Shown piece after piece: positions 61,475 to 64,000 of a DNA stretch of 64,000 nucleotides. Origin of the DNA: Sedimentisphaerales bacterium (GTDB lineage: Bacteria; Planctomycetota; Phycisphaerae; Sedimentisphaerales; SM23-30); the NCBI GenBank assembly GCA_963666285.1, contig OY762711.1; one strand, written 5' to 3'. The position numbers were made by a program, and so were the translations under genes. The stretch's first letter is position 1. Each line of letters starts with the position of its first letter. The notes under the pieces were generated by a model. That model searched no databases, was not told where the DNA came from, and saw nothing but the letters and a program-made list of their open reading frames with translations.

Positions 61475-62551
61475 TCATTCTATCCAGCCGCCGCCAAGAA
61501 CATACTCACCATCATATACCACTGCCGCCTGACCCGGAGTTACCGCTAATATCGGCTCTTCAAACTCAACCTTCATCCTGCCGGTATAGTTATCACCATC
61601 CCAGATCGGGATAATCCTGCCCGGTTTGCCCGGCCTGTTATTATATCGTATCTGTACAAGCGAATCGAAAGGCTCACGCGGCGGCTCAGGCATCAGCCAT
61701 ACCATATCACCGGCAGACAGTTCCGGGCTATGTGCCTGTTCCTTGTTGCCCAGCACGACAGTATTAGTCTCTGCGTCCAGCTTAATAACATACGCCGGGT
61801 CACCCAGCGGAATCCCCAGGCCCTTTCGCTGGCCAATAGTAACCCTGTGTATGCCGTTATGCTCGCCCAGTACTTTGCCGGTGGAATCAATCACTTTGCC
61901 CGGCCGGTCAAGCTCTGGTGCCCGCTCTGCCAACAGAGCAATATAGTCATCATTAGGAACAAAACATATCTCCATCGAATCACTCTTGGCATGAACCGGC
62001 AAATCCATATCTTTGGCTATCTGGCGAATCTCATTTTTATGATAGCCGCCGGTGGGAAGTATCACTCGCTGAAGACGTTCCAGCCCCATGCCAAAAAGCG
62101 AATACGACTGATCCTTACCCATATCTGCCCCACGTCTCAAACGCTTACCGTTCGGACCATCTTCAACACGGGCATAATGACCGGTAGCAACATAATCAAA
62201 ACCCTGGTCAAGGGCATAGTCTGCTATCTTGCCAAACTTCAAACGGCGATTACACATCACGCAAGGATTGGGGGTACGACCGGCCTGGTATTCCGCAACA
62301 AAATAATCTACTATCTTTTCTATTTCGCTGCGATAGTCGACAACTATCAGCTCGATGCCAAGCTTATCGGCAACATCGCGGGCATCAGCTTCAGCAACAT
62401 CCTGGTCGGAGCCGGAGCTTCGGTTCTGGCCCAGCTGCATAAACAAACCGCTCACCCGGTATCCCTGCCGAAGCAGCAATCCGGCAGTTGCCGAACTGTC
62501 TACCCCGCCACTCATTGCCACCAGTACTCTTTTATTATCTGCATTTGTCAT
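61475..62551 (-). CDS. mnmA: tRNA 2-thiouridylase
   Basis: AMSGGVDS, TPNPC..CN, ATGHY, KDQSY, PGQ. Confidence 0.96.
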   Translation of the reverse strand: MTNADNKRVLVAMSGGVDSSATAGLLLRQGYRVSGLFMQLGQNRSSGSDQDVAEADARDVADKLGIELIVVDYRSEIEKIVDYFVAEYQAGRTPNPCVMCNRRLKFGKIADYALDQGFDYVATGHYARVEDGPNGKRLRRGADMGKDQSYSLFGMGLERLQRVILPTGGYHKNEIRQIAKDMDLPVHAKSDSMEICFVPNDDYIALLAERAPELDRPGKVIDSTGKVLGEHNGIHRVTIGQRKGLGIPLGDPAYVIKLDAETNTVVLGNKEQAHSPELSAGDMVWLMPEPPREPFDSLVQIRYNNRPGKPGRIIPIWDGDNYTGRMKVEFEEPILAVTPGQAAVVYDGEYVLGGGWIE

Positions 62552-62645
62552 GATTAAGATTATATGACATAAATATGAAAAATGCAAACATACTGTTAAA
62601 GTAAGAAATTGAGTAACTCTTTTTTAATTAATCAAATTTTTATAA

Positions 62646-62954
62646 CTATCTTAGTAACATATTAAAAATCATAATAAATAAAAATAATAACCCAAAAGTA
62701 AATAATATTTTCCCAGAATTAAGATACTTTTTCTTTAAATGTTTTAATTTCGCATCTGAAAAATCTTCACTAGAACGAATGAATTTTCTCAATTTATATT
62801 TATTAACTGTCTGGTGATGATAGATAATTTCTAACCTTTCAGGATAGTTTTCTTTTAAGTATTTTGTTAGTTGAAAAAGAGATTTTATATTCCAATAAAA
62901 ACAAAGGAAATACAATATAATAAAAATCACAATAAGAATATATAAATAGTCCAT
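62646..62954 (-). CDS. Small AT-rich two-TM membrane protein
   Basis: Hydrophobic termini. Confidence 0.55.
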   Translation of the reverse strand: MDYLYILIVIFIILYFLCFYWNIKSLFQLTKYLKENYPERLEIIYHHQTVNKYKLRKFIRSSEDFSDAKLKHLKKKYLNSGKILFTFGLLFLFIMIFNMLLR

Positions 62955-62971
62955 AATAATAACCGAAAAAT

Positions 62972-64000
62972 TTATTCCATCTCTTTCCAGAGTTTCTCTT
63001 CTGCTTTCCGGAACTGGCTGAAGCTCATCTCCAGTTCCGACAGAACATTATTGATCTTTTCAGGAACAATATTTTCTCCCATTTCACTCACTGTTTTCTT
63101 TAAGGCAATTGCCGCACTGTCCAGCCTTTCAGCCCCGGATGCAAATGCCGCTGCTGCGTCAACCGTCGACTGGAGTTCCATCTCCTTCTGATTCGGCTTA
63201 TAGAGCAGCCGCCAGGGCGCCCGACGAACCTCCTGGCTGACAAGTTTCAGATTAGAGCTGACCTCTGTTATATTATTTATCATCAGGTCTATCCGATCCC
63301 GGTTCATTGCGATCGTTTCCCCGGCACCTATCGCTGCTTCCTTTAACTCTGCCAGTGCTTCCCTGGCAGTATCAAGTCCGCCGTTTGCCTTGTCCATTAC
63401 CTGGCCCATTTTTTCCACTATTGACGGTAATTCAGTTTCAATTACTTTGGCAGATTTCTTTAATGACTGAATTGTTTCGCCTATGCCTTCCTTATTGTCA
63501 TTCACTATCTCTTTTAGTCCGGCCATCGAATCGTCAAACTTTGTCAGCGAACTCAAAACCTTTGCCAGTAAAGCTTCGTTATTGCCTTTGTCCATTTGGA
63601 TGCGTATCGAATCTGTTAACTCTTCCAGGTTTTCGGCGACATGCCTCAACTGTGCCAGAAAGGTACCGTCAAACTGATCATTAATTTCCATCTCATGCCT
63701 GATCGTATCGGTAACTTCTCGTATGTTTGTTGCGGAAGTGGTAAGAGAGCCGAGAAGCGAGTCCGGATTATCACGGTTCAGCTCCTGCTTCATTGTATAC
63801 ATAATTCCATCAGGATTAGTGATATCAAATTCCTTTTTGATCTTGTCCAATACACCATCTGCAAGGTTAAGCGTCATTGTATCGCCGTCAGACAACTCAT
63901 GACCCTGACTGCCTAAATTTTCAACTGCCAGTATCGCTTTTGCCCCCAGGATATTCTGTTCCGGTGTCAGTATGCAATCGTCATACAGCTTATACTTAGC
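62972..64000 (-). CDS. MlaD/MCE-like protein, 5' end beyond window
   Basis: Frame open to 64000; helical coiled coil with VRRAPWRLL. Confidence 0.65.
   Translation of the reverse strand, partial: AKYKLYDDCILTPEQNILGAKAILAVENLGSQGHELSDGDTMTLNLADGVLDKIKKEFDITNPDGIMYTMKQELNRDNPDSLLGSLTTSATNIREVTDTIRHEMEINDQFDGTFLAQLRHVAENLEELTDSIRIQMDKGNNEALLAKVLSSLTKFDDSMAGLKEIVNDNKEGIGETIQSLKKSAKVIETELPSIVEKMGQVMDKANGGLDTAREALAELKEAAIGAGETIAMNRDRIDLMINNITEVSSNLKLVSQEVRRAPWRLLYKPNQKEMELQSTVDAAAAFASGAERLDSAAIALKKTVSEMGENIVPEKINNVLSELEMSFSQFRKAEEKLWKEME

Overview
Two parts. (1) 1-36836: most of a Mu-like transposable prophage. Its left end lies outside the window; its right end is probably ...GGTTTACA at 36836. 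The layout is unusual: a central divergent switch of ribbon-helix-helix genes; a rightward arm with small early genes, MuA/MuB, GemA and Gam running directly into tail terminator, tube and tape-measure genes; and a leftward arm with lysis-like genes, Mu gp26/27/28-like packaging genes, an HK97-type portal(+gpF)/protease/capsid, connectors and large tail-tip genes. Phage intergenic DNA is rich in structure: a repeat-bounded acr/aca-like cassette, a late-leader terminator with a 16-nt complement in an early transcript, GGA-loop hairpins over RBSs, and decamer and heptamer repeats at gene ends. (2) 36837-64000: host genes (lrp, ald, gltDB, M50 protease, PocR kinase, H-X9-DG protein, metG, tsaE, murF, glycerate kinase, mnmA, MlaD-like). 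Their content suggests a planctomycete (inference). A Met-rich leader peptide with alternative terminator/antiterminator helices precedes metG. All family calls come from motif recognition by eye; no searches were run.
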